A stretch of 62,970 bases of DNA, filler included, from Intoshia linei (lineage: Eukaryota > Animalia > Orthonectida), in the NCBI GenBank assembly GCA_001642005.1. It is 7 parts of 7 records of this genome, joined end to end, with 100 filler letters (N's around TTAATTAATTAA, not from the genome) between each part and the next. Parts side by side here need not be neighbours in the genome. Positions count along the whole stretch, not along the records: positions 4,503 to 15,103 come from LWCA01001253.1; positions 15,204 to 38,316 come from LWCA01000572.1; 5 more parts are not named here. One strand, written 5' to 3'. Both the position numbers and the translations under genes were made by a program. Shown piece after piece: positions 14,499-26,800 of the stretch. Numbering within the stretch: the stretch's first letter is position 1; each line of letters begins with the position of its first letter. The notes under the pieces were generated by a model. It was not told the DNA's origin. It searched no databases and saw only the letters and a list, made by a program, of their open reading frames with translations.

Positions 14499-15002
14499 AT
14501 TAGATATTTATATGTAACTTTAACTATAAATTAATTAAAAAAATGAGCGATTCAAGAGTCTTGTAATAAAATTACATTTCTGAATTTGAAAGTTCATTTA
14601 AATAGCGAAAAAGACGTTAAGATCAAAATTAAAGATCAGTACTTTTTAGAACCACATTTCCTTTTTTTATGAAACTTCTATATTTGCAGTAAGATTTTCA
14701 TATTTTTAACCTTGGTATCGTAAATTACAGTTAATTTTACCCTAGAAAGATTCTTTATATTTTAAAATTTATATTAGGATTAGTGTAATTAAGGCACTTA
14801 TAAAAATAATGAAATTATTAGTTTGCCTATAGCAACAATTAAGCAAGCTATTACCTGATTATTTCAAAAAATTGAGCGATTCATACCACAATACATACCA
14901 CATATACAAGAGTTACATCATTTTGTTTACCCTGAAATTATCTATAATACTATTATAATTTTATCCAAATCAAAAAAAAACGTCAATTTTGTCGGACAGT
15001 GT

Positions 15003-15300
15003 AATATGCGACGCGATTTTTGTTTGTCTGTGTGTGTCCTACTTTAATAAAATAACTAGCACTCTTAGAATTTTTTAAAGACTACATTTCAATTACAGTT
15101 TTTNNNNNNNNNNNNNNNNNNNNNNNNNNNNNNNNNNNNNNNNNNNNTTAATTAATTAANNNNNNNNNNNNNNNNNNNNNNNNNNNNNNNNNNNNNNNNN
15201 NNNTTTTATACTGTTTTTCAAGTTAATACAAATTGGCCCAATATTCCATTTTCGTTTAAACAAAATTAAAGAAAATTTAGTTATTATAATACGCTTATAA
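15003..15300 (+). mobile_element. Helitron family copy spanning a gap
   Basis: aatatgcgacgcgatttttgtttgtctgtgtgtg start; 15204-15290 is nearly identical to 4215-4300. Confidence 0.65.
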
Positions 15301-16989
15301 ATCTAATAAAATACCAAAAAAATATATCAACATATTAAATTATCCAACTGTAGCTAAATGTTTGAACAAGCATTGGCTCCGCAAAAAGTCTTTCCGCAGA
15401 AGGCTAAAAATTTCGTACTCAAACGAAATAGCAGAACGGGCTTTAAAATGCATGAATGACTATTTCATCTGATGAAAAATTGGAACAAATGTGTATAAAA
15501 AAATTTAACAATTATAATAAAAATACTGACTTTTAATCCATGAAAATAAACTTATATTCGTTTAAATTTATTATTTTTTTTTAAAATAAAATTTTCGTAC
15601 TTCGCCTGACCAAATTAAGATTAAATTATACTTTAAAAGCGACATTTTACATTGTGTACAAAATGGGACATACAGTTAAAAATACTTTTTGAATTTCAAA
15701 CAAAAATATTAAATTGGGACACTCTAGTGTCCACTTTTGATGTTTGTTTTTTATTAGAAAACCTATTTTTTTCATGTGGATGCAGATTTTGATTTTAAGC
15801 ATTTATCACCCAAAAATATTAAATCGGTTGATATTTATTCCTCTCCAATGTATTTATTGAAATTCATACAAAAATTATAGGACAAATATAAAACAATTCC
15901 TTATTTCATATATAATCAGCTTTAGTTTGTTTCTATAGATAATTATGTTGGTAATTCCCTTGTTGTGTTTATTATTCTTTGTGGACCATTTTTTTTTAAA
16001 TTCATTTCCAGCTCATTTATTTTGGTTTTTAATCATATTTGAATTCCCCATAATTAACCCAAAAACTACATAAAGTTTATTATAAACTCAAAATAAATTT
16101 CGTAAAAACCAAAATGGTCCACAAAACATAGGAAATCGTCAAAAGAATTACAGCCATAGAAACCATATACATCTAATGGTTATAAATATAACTTTAATAA
16201 TTTATTATATAAATAAGATTAACGACTTGATTTACTTTTTTCCTTTGGTTAGTACAATTTAAGAGAATGTATATTATCTTTATTATTATAATTACATATT
16301 CAAAATATGAATTTATCATTGCAATACAATACAATACAAGATTTTATTAAAATAGAATTTTAAAGTTATATTTATTAAAAACTGTCAAAGATATATGTTT
16401 TTCTATGGTTTTAATTCCTTTGACGATTTCCTATGTTTTGTGGACCATTTTGTTTTTTTAAATTTATTTCTAGCTCATGTATTTTGATTTTTACGACATT
16501 CATGGACAAAAAAAGATAATTGGGGTTTTTGACGGACAGGTAAGTGTTCAGTTTCTGAGATTAAAATGTATTATATTTTCGGGCCAGAAAAAATCTCACT
16601 TGAATTTTTGTATGTTCAAATTTTATATACATATGTCATAATTTATTCCTTCGGAATTTTTTTCATTGCTACGCAATTTTTAAATTTCAAATTTGACTAG
16701 ATAATACAGAATTTTACTTATAAAATATGAATATTAGAAAAGGTAGTATATTAAATTTGGAGCAGAATGATGTGTCTCATTATCTCAATTGACATCGTCA
16801 AAGTTGCTTAATTAAGCAATTAAAAATTAACAATAAAACCATAGTTTCAATGGAATATTTTTTGAATAAATTGATATTTACTTTAAAATGCATACATGTG
16901 ATCTAATAAATATTAATAAATTTTGTAATATATGTAAAAAATACATCATTGAATCCAAAAATAAATATCAAATAAAATTAATTAATTAA

Positions 16990-17365
16990 TTAATGGCATT
17001 CTCACTGGCCTGACATTAGAAAATTATTTAAGTCAGTGGAATTTGAGTCTCTTACTGAAATAGAATTATCTGCATATAATGTATTACGCTCTCTAATATC
17101 TGGATTTTTGGGTAATACTCGTAATATTAATTATTCAAATTTAATTAATGCATTTATGGAATCTTATCAAAAGATGGGATGCCTCTACAGTCCTAAAATG
17201 CACTTTTTACAATCTCATATAAAGTTTTTCTCTTCAAATTGTGGTTCCTGGTCGAATGAACATATAGAAAGATTTCACCAGCAGCTGCATATATATATAA
17301 AGACCGATATAACAAATTACGTCCTTTAAACATGATTTTCGAATATATTTGGAATATAAAATATA
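16990..17365 (+). mobile_element. Second Chapaev transposase fragment (C-terminal)
   Basis: GILTGPDIR, FLGNTR, SPKMHFLQSH, SNEHIERFHQ. Confidence 0.75.
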
Positions 17366-18259
17366 AATAAAAATTTAATTAATGTGTATTCTTTAAATTA
17401 ATATTAATGTAATTAATCGATCTCACTTGATAATAACCTATACATGAAAATATCCGTATTTAACTCTAGTTTTACATGTATGTGATCATAAGAATAATTA
17501 AGCAAAAATATAATATTTGTCTAATAATTAAAAAAAAAATTATTTAATTAATTTTAATTTCAAATTACTTTTTATTCACACTAAGTACTCAAAGTTTAAT
17601 AACATAATTAATTTTTTCAGAAAATACATAAACTAAAAGCACAAAAATAGCCGATTTAAATAATTGTGCTTATTGTTTCCATGAAAAATGAACATATTAA
17701 ATGGTTAATTACTACACGTTAACAATCCAACCAAATATCGTGAATAATGTCGTTCTGCTCCGGAGACATCACACTTTCAACTGAAATGGTCAGACCCCAT
17801 AAGTAAACCAAAAAGTTCATTTTTGTTGTCTAGTGTTTTCATTTTCCAAACATTTTGAACAACATTTAAATTAAACTACGGCAACGAATTTATAAAAGTT
17901 TTGATACTAACTTAATTTAACTTAAAACGTTTTATTGTTTTACTTATTGTTTGAAAATGCCAAAAAAAAATAATAACATTCACAAGAAAAAAGGCCAAAA
18001 GTATGGACACATTTTTAACATCAATTATTTTTATATTACAATCCTTTGCAATAATGGTAAAATTCGACGGAAATGTTTATAAAGTGAAGATTCAATTAAT
18101 TATTGATACACAATTGGTATTTTTAAGTATTTATTAAATTGGTACTGAATATATATCGTCACATTAAAAATGACAAAATAGGTTAATTTATAACCTTTAT
18201 AATTTTATTTTTTCTGGCATTTATGCTATTTATGACAATTTTTATGATTGGACTGTTTT

Positions 18260-18362
18260 TACTTTATTTTTAATATTATACACACATTCTGTCTAATAAA
18301 ATTAAAAAGTTTTAACTTTATTTTTAATATTATACACACATTCTGTCTAATAAATTAAAAAA
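18260..18362. repeat. ~50-bp tandem duplication
   Basis: ttatttttaatattatacacacattctgtctaataaa occurs twice. Confidence 0.8.
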
Positions 18363-18770
18363 ATAGGATAACAATTGTTTTTAAAATTCTTTACGCAAAT
18401 ATTAACAAACCAAAAATTTAGGATGGAATAATTCAGTTTAAAGTAAAAAGTAATGTGATATGATGGTTCCACCTGAAACAAATTTGGGAACCACTCTTTT
18501 AAACGAGTAGTAGGATTTTTAAGTTAGATTTTCAACGTGAATTTGTTTTTTTGGTATAATAAAAATGTGGCCTCGGCAGAGTTAGGTGCTGTTTGTACGT
18601 AGTACATAAATGTCTAGCAATATATATAAAAATTGAATTAAAAATACACATTGAATTTTTTTTCATATGGAAGTATTCAAAAATAAATTTAACAATATCG
18701 GAAGCTAAAAAAAAAAATTAAATAAAAAATGAGAAATATAACCGATAACAACATTGTTTGACTTTCTTAC

Positions 18771-20714
18771 CATTGTAACAACAGATCGTACATGAATACC
18801 GTTATGCTTGTCAATCATTTTGACCATGATAATTTCCATCTAAATTAATACATAATTTAATTTCGCAATTATTAAAAATCAATTATCCCGATTTATCAAT
18901 ATAGTAAAGTATATCCGAGTTTTATAAAAATGTTTAATTTTTACCATTTCTAAATTACCGTACATTCCAAATTGGAATTTCCAATTTAAATAAAAGGATA
19001 ACTCGTTTACTTATTATCAGGGCTGTGTGGAATTGCTGGTAACAGCGACGTTGACTGGTAACAGCAACAGTGGCTGCTGTATACGGTACAGCAAGGCTGT
19101 TTTTCCAGCATAATATTTCATATATTGAAATTTTAGCATATTAAAATGAAAATATCACTAAAACCTTGTTAACCGTTTACTGTCCATACAAGAAGCGATA
19201 AGTTTTAGAAAAAAATTATAGGTTCATTAATAAGTGTTAATTATATGTACTTAAACTTTTTGTTAGTAAATAATGTGTCGTTAATCAAATGAAAATTTAG
19301 GAATAATACGCATTAGGTTTACCTCAAACATTAGTATAAGTAATTTTTTATTAAATTAATTCTATTTTTCAAAATGTGTCATCACTTCGTAAGTTTTTTT
19401 TCTTTGGCAGACAAAAATAAATTAAATATTAGCATTATATATATTCTTGCCAATTATATCTTATATATAAAGAATTATCCAGTGTTGATTCAAATAGGCT
19501 GTTTCTAACATTTGAGTGAATATTTCTGTGTTGCGAAAAACATCTTTCTACAGCCGCTTAACTTAATATATTTTAATTTTCTTTTGCATAGATTACATAT
19601 TCATAATTTATATTTTCAAAGTAATTTAACACGCATTTTGAAAGTTGAACGATATATGAATTCACTTTAAATTAAACTATTTCTATAGATCAGGGATGTC
19701 AATTATGCGGCCCGCGTTATAACATAAATTTTTATTTTTTATAATAATTTTTTACACATATTTCTTATTTTACAGTTTTTTCATATATTTTTCATGATAT
19801 ATTTATTCATTATTACAATTTTAATATTATTTGTATTGTTTCATATTTCATTTTATGAATTAAAATTATTATAAATTAATTAAATCTGTTAGTTTTAACA
19901 TAATTTTTTTTCAAATTTGGCCCGCCAAATAAATGGATTTTGACACCACTGCTATAGATATACAGTCAAATCTGTTTAATTTAAAACAAAATCAAATTCT
20001 AAAATAAACGATTTTAACTGTAAAATATTGCTGTACTTTTTGCTGGAAATACAGCATTGCTGGTACCACCCCTGCTTATTATACAATGAAAATATATAAA
20101 TCGGTGTATATAATAAACACCAATAAAAAATGTATTTACAATTAATTCATAATTAACAAAAGATTTAATGTTAATTTATAATTTAATTTGCATGTTGATT
20201 ATTGACTAGAAAAATTTTTCATTAAGTAAGTTTGCAACCACATTATATTTTTAAATATTTGTGATTTTTTAAATACAACATTAATGTTTAAATTTACTTT
20301 GTTGTAGCTTGGGTGTAAATACGTATCTGGAGCATAATAAATGTAATTTAAATCTTTAGTTCTATCGTCATAAAAAGAGTGTTCAACCATAACATCCACA
20401 TCTGCAAAATGGTAAGAACCTGTACTCGTAGAAACGTCGTTTATTCTATCCTTAATTGGATCAATCAATTCTTTACCTTTTAACTCCTTAGATATTCGCG
20501 GTTTAAAGACAGATTTAATGTTTTTGAAAAAGGATACGGAGGAATACCTGTTTCTGTCAATATTACATGAAACTGACTTTTTAATGTTTTGGTTTATATC
20601 CGATGACTTGGCGTTGCTAAATTTTCGATCTTGACTAAAAGTAAATATCAAATCTACTCAAACTAAAAGTCATATTGATTATTCGACAAATTACCAATTG
20701 GTGTCTTCGTTCAT
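18771..20714 (-). CDS. R7-family RGS (RGS6/7/9/11, EGL-10/EAT-16-like) N-terminal portion; remainder not found
   Basis: Exons 20695-20714, 20298-20634 and 18771-18839 splice in frame to ...LHPSYNK|MEIIMVKMIDKHNGIHVRSVVTM, resembling recalled RGS7 ...YRK|MEDVIARMQDEKNGIPIRTVKSF at the DEP start, with a phase-0 intron at the same K|M position. Confidence 0.5.
19018..20074. mobile_element. Non-autonomous hAT element with 8-bp TSD
   Basis: CAGGG...CCCTG ends, subterminal tgctgg/ccagca motifs, perfect TSD cttattat (19010-19017, 20075-20082). Confidence 0.8.
19691..19951. mobile_element. hAT MITE nested in the previous element
   Basis: TIRs cagggatgtcaa/ttgacaccactg, perfect TSD ctatagat on both sides. 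Confidence 0.85.
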
Positions 20715-20872
20715 TTTCAAATTTAAATTTTGGACAAAACAACGTAGTGTCTATTTGGGATTATACATCATTTTTTGAAAATAACTACATTAGTTTTATG
20801 TTAATTAAATGTATTTTCAAATAACACAAAGTCAACATTATATTGCAAATATTTAATTTTTAATAATACAAT

Positions 20873-23800
20873 TTATTTATGTATCAATGTTTTAAATCCT
20901 ATCAATTCATCTTGACAAATTCTTACTACATGGCTTGCAATAGCTAGACTGGAGGTACACGCAGGGGACGGTGCATTTCTTATGTGGAAAGTATTGTTTG
21001 AAAATTTTCCATTTCCCTTTTCAAATATAAAATCATCCACTAGTAATCCACTTTGAGTTACAGATTCAGCACGTACACCAGATATGCTACTAAATAGATT
21101 GATTATTCTAATCGATTTTATACAATGTTCACTGAAATTTTTTAATTTAAGAATAAAAAGATCAATAATAATTACAGTTATTGATTTGCAATATTATTTT
21201 AATAAAAGTTCTGTCAAAATGAATATATATTTATAAAATATCCAATTAAAACTTAAAGTACAAGTAAATATCATTTATTTGGATAATTTTTAAGATATTT
21301 ATAACATATGGGTAATTTAAACATACAGGCGTGTACCCGGTTATTTTATGATTTTAATTACTCTTACCGACATTGTCAATGTTAACAGCGTACATGTCCT
21401 CTAAAAGTCCTTTTTATCTGGTTCACCCCGGTGTATAAGAGTCAATGTATCCTTTCCATTGGAATTATCGCGTATGGTATTACTGTGTTCGCCAAAGTGC
21501 GTGACGCGAGATTTTTAGACATTTATTACAATCAGATTTTTTCAAATACAAATTTTTCAAGTACATTATCTATAGAATTCTGCATATTTAAACGATTAAA
21601 ATAATTTTCTTGAAAATTATGGTAGGGCGCTGAAAAAAGTTTGACGACCACTGGTTTTATAGCTCATCGTAAGCTATGTATTTGCTATACTGCTGATTAA
21701 AATATGTAATAAAAAAACAAATATCAAAATCAATACACTATAAACAAGGGGTCAATGAAACTGAAATAATTTATACTGCTATTATGTAAAATATACAATG
21801 TACCGTAAGTTATGTTAAAAGTCAATATATACCTAATTATACATAAAATACATAGTCAAGCACCGTTAGTGAATAATTTGCTAATTTATATAATTTTGTC
21901 ACTACAATTTACTGTGTAACTATAGCTAGTAGATAAGATAAGTAACTTATCATAGGATTGCAATGTAACAATTGTTAGTGAATCATTTTTACGAATTTAA
22001 TTTAATTTTAAATGTAAACAATACTTTTGTAAACAAAGTTTATCATAACCCTCACAATTAAACGATAATGAAGCTGCTTCATTGAAGCATATCACGTTGA
22101 ATAAAAAATTAGAAATATTAATGTATTTATAAATTTTATCAAAATAAAATGCACGTTTTATTCAATAGATTCTTAAATAGCCCATAATATATTGCAATCA
22201 TAATTCAAGTATTGATATATAATAATTAGAGCCATTCAAATCGGATGCTCTAAAGTCGTTAAGCAACTACATACAATAGTGTACATTTCATATAATTTTA
22301 AATAAAATGTAAACAAATAAACACAATTATGTAATTCACAATGATACAAACTTCTTTAAGAGCATCCTAAAAATATTGCGTAACCTAGTCATTATACTCT
22401 ATGAATGGCTCTAATAATAATACAGTCAGACCTGTATATATTTAACACTAACACAGAAAAAATAACCATGTTCACTATAGAGTTTATATTGAACTTTTTA
22501 TTAATTACTTAAAATGCTGATTTTTCCACTTGAAGCGTCATAACAAAGTTTGATCGAATCAAAATATTTTTGAAAATAGTATATTAATATAACCGAATAT
22601 TCACGAAAATATTAAGTAAAATAAACAATTTTAATTATAATTACATTGAATGTTTTAAATTTTTTTTTAATGTAGAAAAATAATCAGTTATTTCAGCATG
22701 TCTCGACAAATTTTCCGATATTATATTATTTATCACTTTAAGTATATTATTAATTCCATTCGGATAATTTTTTTAATAACATTTTTGCAACTGTTTAGAA
22801 ATACATAGAGCTTCGTAAATATGTATTGTCGTTTCAATGGGAGTCTGAGCGTCATTTGAAGCCTTAAAATCTTCAATTTTATAAGTTTGAGGTAATTTTA
22901 GAGTCATTGTTTTAATCATTTCGTCAGATAAAATAAAATGTTTCAACCTTTTAAATTCAATCCATTCAAATAGTTTTTCATCTATTTTAGAGGTTTTAAA
23001 GAAGCTTCTATTACGGATGATCTTATGAATTAGAATATTGTGTGAATTTTTAATTATTCCATTAATGCAGCCCAGAGATAATTTATATTTCTTAGCCATA
23101 TCTCGTTAGCTATGTTTTATTTTCCTCATGAAACAGTATGATTTGTTTTTTTTAAATTGACAAATTTTTACGCTTTTTATCGTTCATTATATAATGTAAA
23201 AATAAAATGCAAATCATATTAATTGATTCAAATTACAATGAGATTATACAAAAATAGAATATTCCCTTTGTAACGAGATTATAACATTTTGAAAGGTGTT
23301 CACCGTTCATTACCGTATTGTTCACTATACTTCCATATAAAGTGGATTTTTTGTTAACAAAATAATTTTTAATGTTCACTATATTAGGTGTTCAGTATTA
23401 AATATACAGTGTATATGCATTTGTCAGTAAACTAGAAAGCAGATATATTGGTTTCTAGGTTATAGACCAGATTAACGTGACACAAATATCATAATGTAAA
23501 TGACAACCAAATATCAAGATGATTTCGGCAGTAATACTAAAACACACTATTACTCATATCTAAATACGTGAACCCGATCCACGAGCTAAGCTTATCATAT
23601 AATATACTTATATAATTTAGTATGTACATTATCAACATGGTTAGCCAAACCAACCAAGCAGAATGGACAATTAGTCAAAGTATAATCATATTGAGTAGCC
23701 TGAGTGGTCCTGCGACCCTGAACCTCATGTACAACCTATCCATTACTGCAGTGCTTTCCAACCCATTTTGGTTGGCGACACACATTTCAATCTGAAAACT

Positions 23801-26800
23801 TTTTGCGACACACCAATCTAAAAATATACTATTGATTCGTTGAAACGAAATTTTTTCTAATAATAATCTCAAAATAAATATAAAATTACTGCTCCACTAT
23901 AGATTAAAAATAATTATATATGTAATGTTATTAAAAAAATTACATTTGTATAAACAAGATTTAAATTATTTTTTCATTATTTAAAAAAAATATAAAAAGG
24001 TGTATTTGATGTTTTATTTATTGATTTTGACTGTAAAATAATCATTTTGGTGATGAATTTAATCAAAAATAACACTATTTTAGTTATGTAAAAATTTTAT
24101 TTTCATTTGAAAATCTTATGCTATTTAGTACCAAAAATTTTATTTGGTCACAAATTTTAAAAAGTTTGGCGACACACCGGTTGGAAAGCACTGCACTACT
24201 GTAATAGTGGCACTTACTGTTATCACAATAAATATATAGCAGCCGACCATTAGTTTGATGTGAATCTTCCATTCTTAACTTAGTTAAGAACTCATCCTCC
24301 AGTGTTAATTACCCCACTGACACATTGAATAATAATAATAATAATTTTTTCATTACATCAGACTGTAATGATCAGAGAATTACAAATCAATCAAGTAAAT
24401 GAACGTTTTAAACCATGGGACTCTTTTTAAAGTGATGTCAAACAATCCACACAAAAAAGGCGGCAATTGCTAGAATTTGGTGCGACCTTCTGAGCAATTT
24501 TAATTATTATTAGTTCAAAATAATAGATGCAATTATAATATTTAAGAATAAAAAATTATTGATTGGAATCACTACATAACCGATAAAGTCTCAGATATTT
24601 CCAAATATAAATATTTTTTAACAAATATGTAATAATGTTAATTAATTAAAAGTGTACAATAGATCATTAAATTTTTGAATTAATGTAATACATATTTAAT
24701 ACATTCTTCTTCTAATCACTTCTATAATTCTAGTATTTGGTCATTTTTTTTTGTTTTCTATGTAATATTAACAAAAATTTCTTTCATTCCAATTCTCGTC
24801 ATCATTAAAAATTTTTTTAGAAAAATTTGTTTTTCACTGAGACTACCAAAATATATACAAAATATTGATATTTCAACCGTTTAATTTTTTCGATTATTTT
24901 TCATCACTAATCCATATCCGTTGAGAGGTGGTTAGAAGTCATATAGTACTACGACGTTGGAAAAAAATAAAGGGCCTATTTTCATGTTCCACGACCTCGA
25001 ACATGGTAGGTTCGGCTCAGCCGGTTAGAATTACTATTTATTAACAAATTGCAAGAAAATTGGTAATAGAATCCTTAACTATATAAAATTACTACACAAT
25101 GTGTAGTACACATAGACTAGTTTTCTGTCTGTAACTATTTATTTAAATTTTAAATAACTAATAATGCTCGAATAATAAAAAAAATTTACGACAGTTTTTT
25201 CCTACGTGTTTTATCATAAATTTAAATCTCAGTTATTTGTATATTTCAGGTCAAAAACACAAATTTCCACTGTATTATCAAAGTAATATTAATAAAATAT
25301 TAAATTAAACTATTTTACAATATATGTAGTAGTAATAAGTAAAAAAGAATAATTATTCATTTGCAAATTATTTCAGAAATTAGGTGGTAAAACAAATATT
25401 GTAAATACGAGTACATGTAGTAAATTCTCAAGTATTACTCTTCTACTTCTGATTTTTTCAAAGAAGGTACAAATTGTTGCATTTCGCGTATCATTAAAGT
25501 CGTAATGACCTGTTTTAGTATTTCACTGACACCAAATCCGATATTAGAAAATGCTAGTTTCCAAAATCCTCTAAAACAACAATTTAATATAATTTTATCA
25601 ATTCTCATTTAGTATCTGAAATGGTGTACTTATTATATGAATTGTACGTTATATAATTGCATATAACAAAATAAACATTACGGGTAAGTAAATATTTCTT
25701 TAGAATCCTTAAAATCAAAATCCTTCCAAGTATATCCTTCTCTTTTCAAAGACAACAAAACATTTGGACCAAGAAGTATATTGGAATCCACTTTTGGAGT
25801 AAAATGCACACCTAGAAAAGCTGTACTTTCATGTGGAACCTACATTTAATCAGCATTATTAAAATTCTTACTTACATAAAATGCTTTGTTTGTCTATGTG
25901 TATGTGTTATCGTTTATTTCCATAACTACGTGTCTTAGAATTTTATAAAGTCCATATTTCTATTAGTTTTTTCCAGGGTGAAAGTAAGATAAATTTCAAC
26001 CTCCCAAACTCATATCTTACGGGTCAAAAAGCCCCATTGTCCTTTTTTTTGAAAATCAAACTAGTTCGAGAATTTAAAAAAATATACTGATACAGATTTT
26101 TAAATCATAAATTAAAATTTAAAAAAATATATCTTCAGGACCAAAACACCAAATTACCATTTTTTTTTAAAATGAAAACAGCCCTATATCTTAAAAAAAA
26201 TTACAAGTGGTACAATTGTATCCTGTTAACACACACAAAAAATTTCAATCTGAATGAGTGACGCCTTCACGGTTAAAAAAGCACTTTAGTACATATTTGT
26301 AGTCATATTTTTTTATTTTGAAACTATTTTATTAAAACACAAAAAATAAAAGAATTAACGGTCCAACAATTAAAAAAATATTATTCTGATACAGCCTATT
26401 CCAGTTGATATAAATACAAAATTTCAACTCCAGAAATATACGCATTCCCGGTGAAAAATAATTTTTAATATATTATCAACCAATATTTTTCAAATATTTC
26501 GAATTAAAATAAAAATGAAAATGCAAATTGATCCTACAATTTTAAAAATAATGTTGCATTGAACGTCTACACATTTCAATAAAGAAATATGGGTGAAAAT
26601 CGTATATAATTCATTCCTTCGTAGATTTTTTCATTCTCAAATTCTCATTTTCAAAAAATTTAACGAAATTTATTTAAAAACTACAGCAACTAGAAGTACA
26701 ACTTTGTTATTATCATTTTTGTATTTATTACAATGCTTTGCAATGTTGGTAAAATCCATCCGAAATAAGTTTTTAAACTGCTGATTCCGTTAATTATTGT

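Noticed and set aside
17990-18012. Minus-strand CPYFWP resembling RGS7 TPYFWP
   Set aside because: Followed by a stop within four codons, and the DNA (ggccaaaagtatggacac) looks like a Tc1-type TIR.
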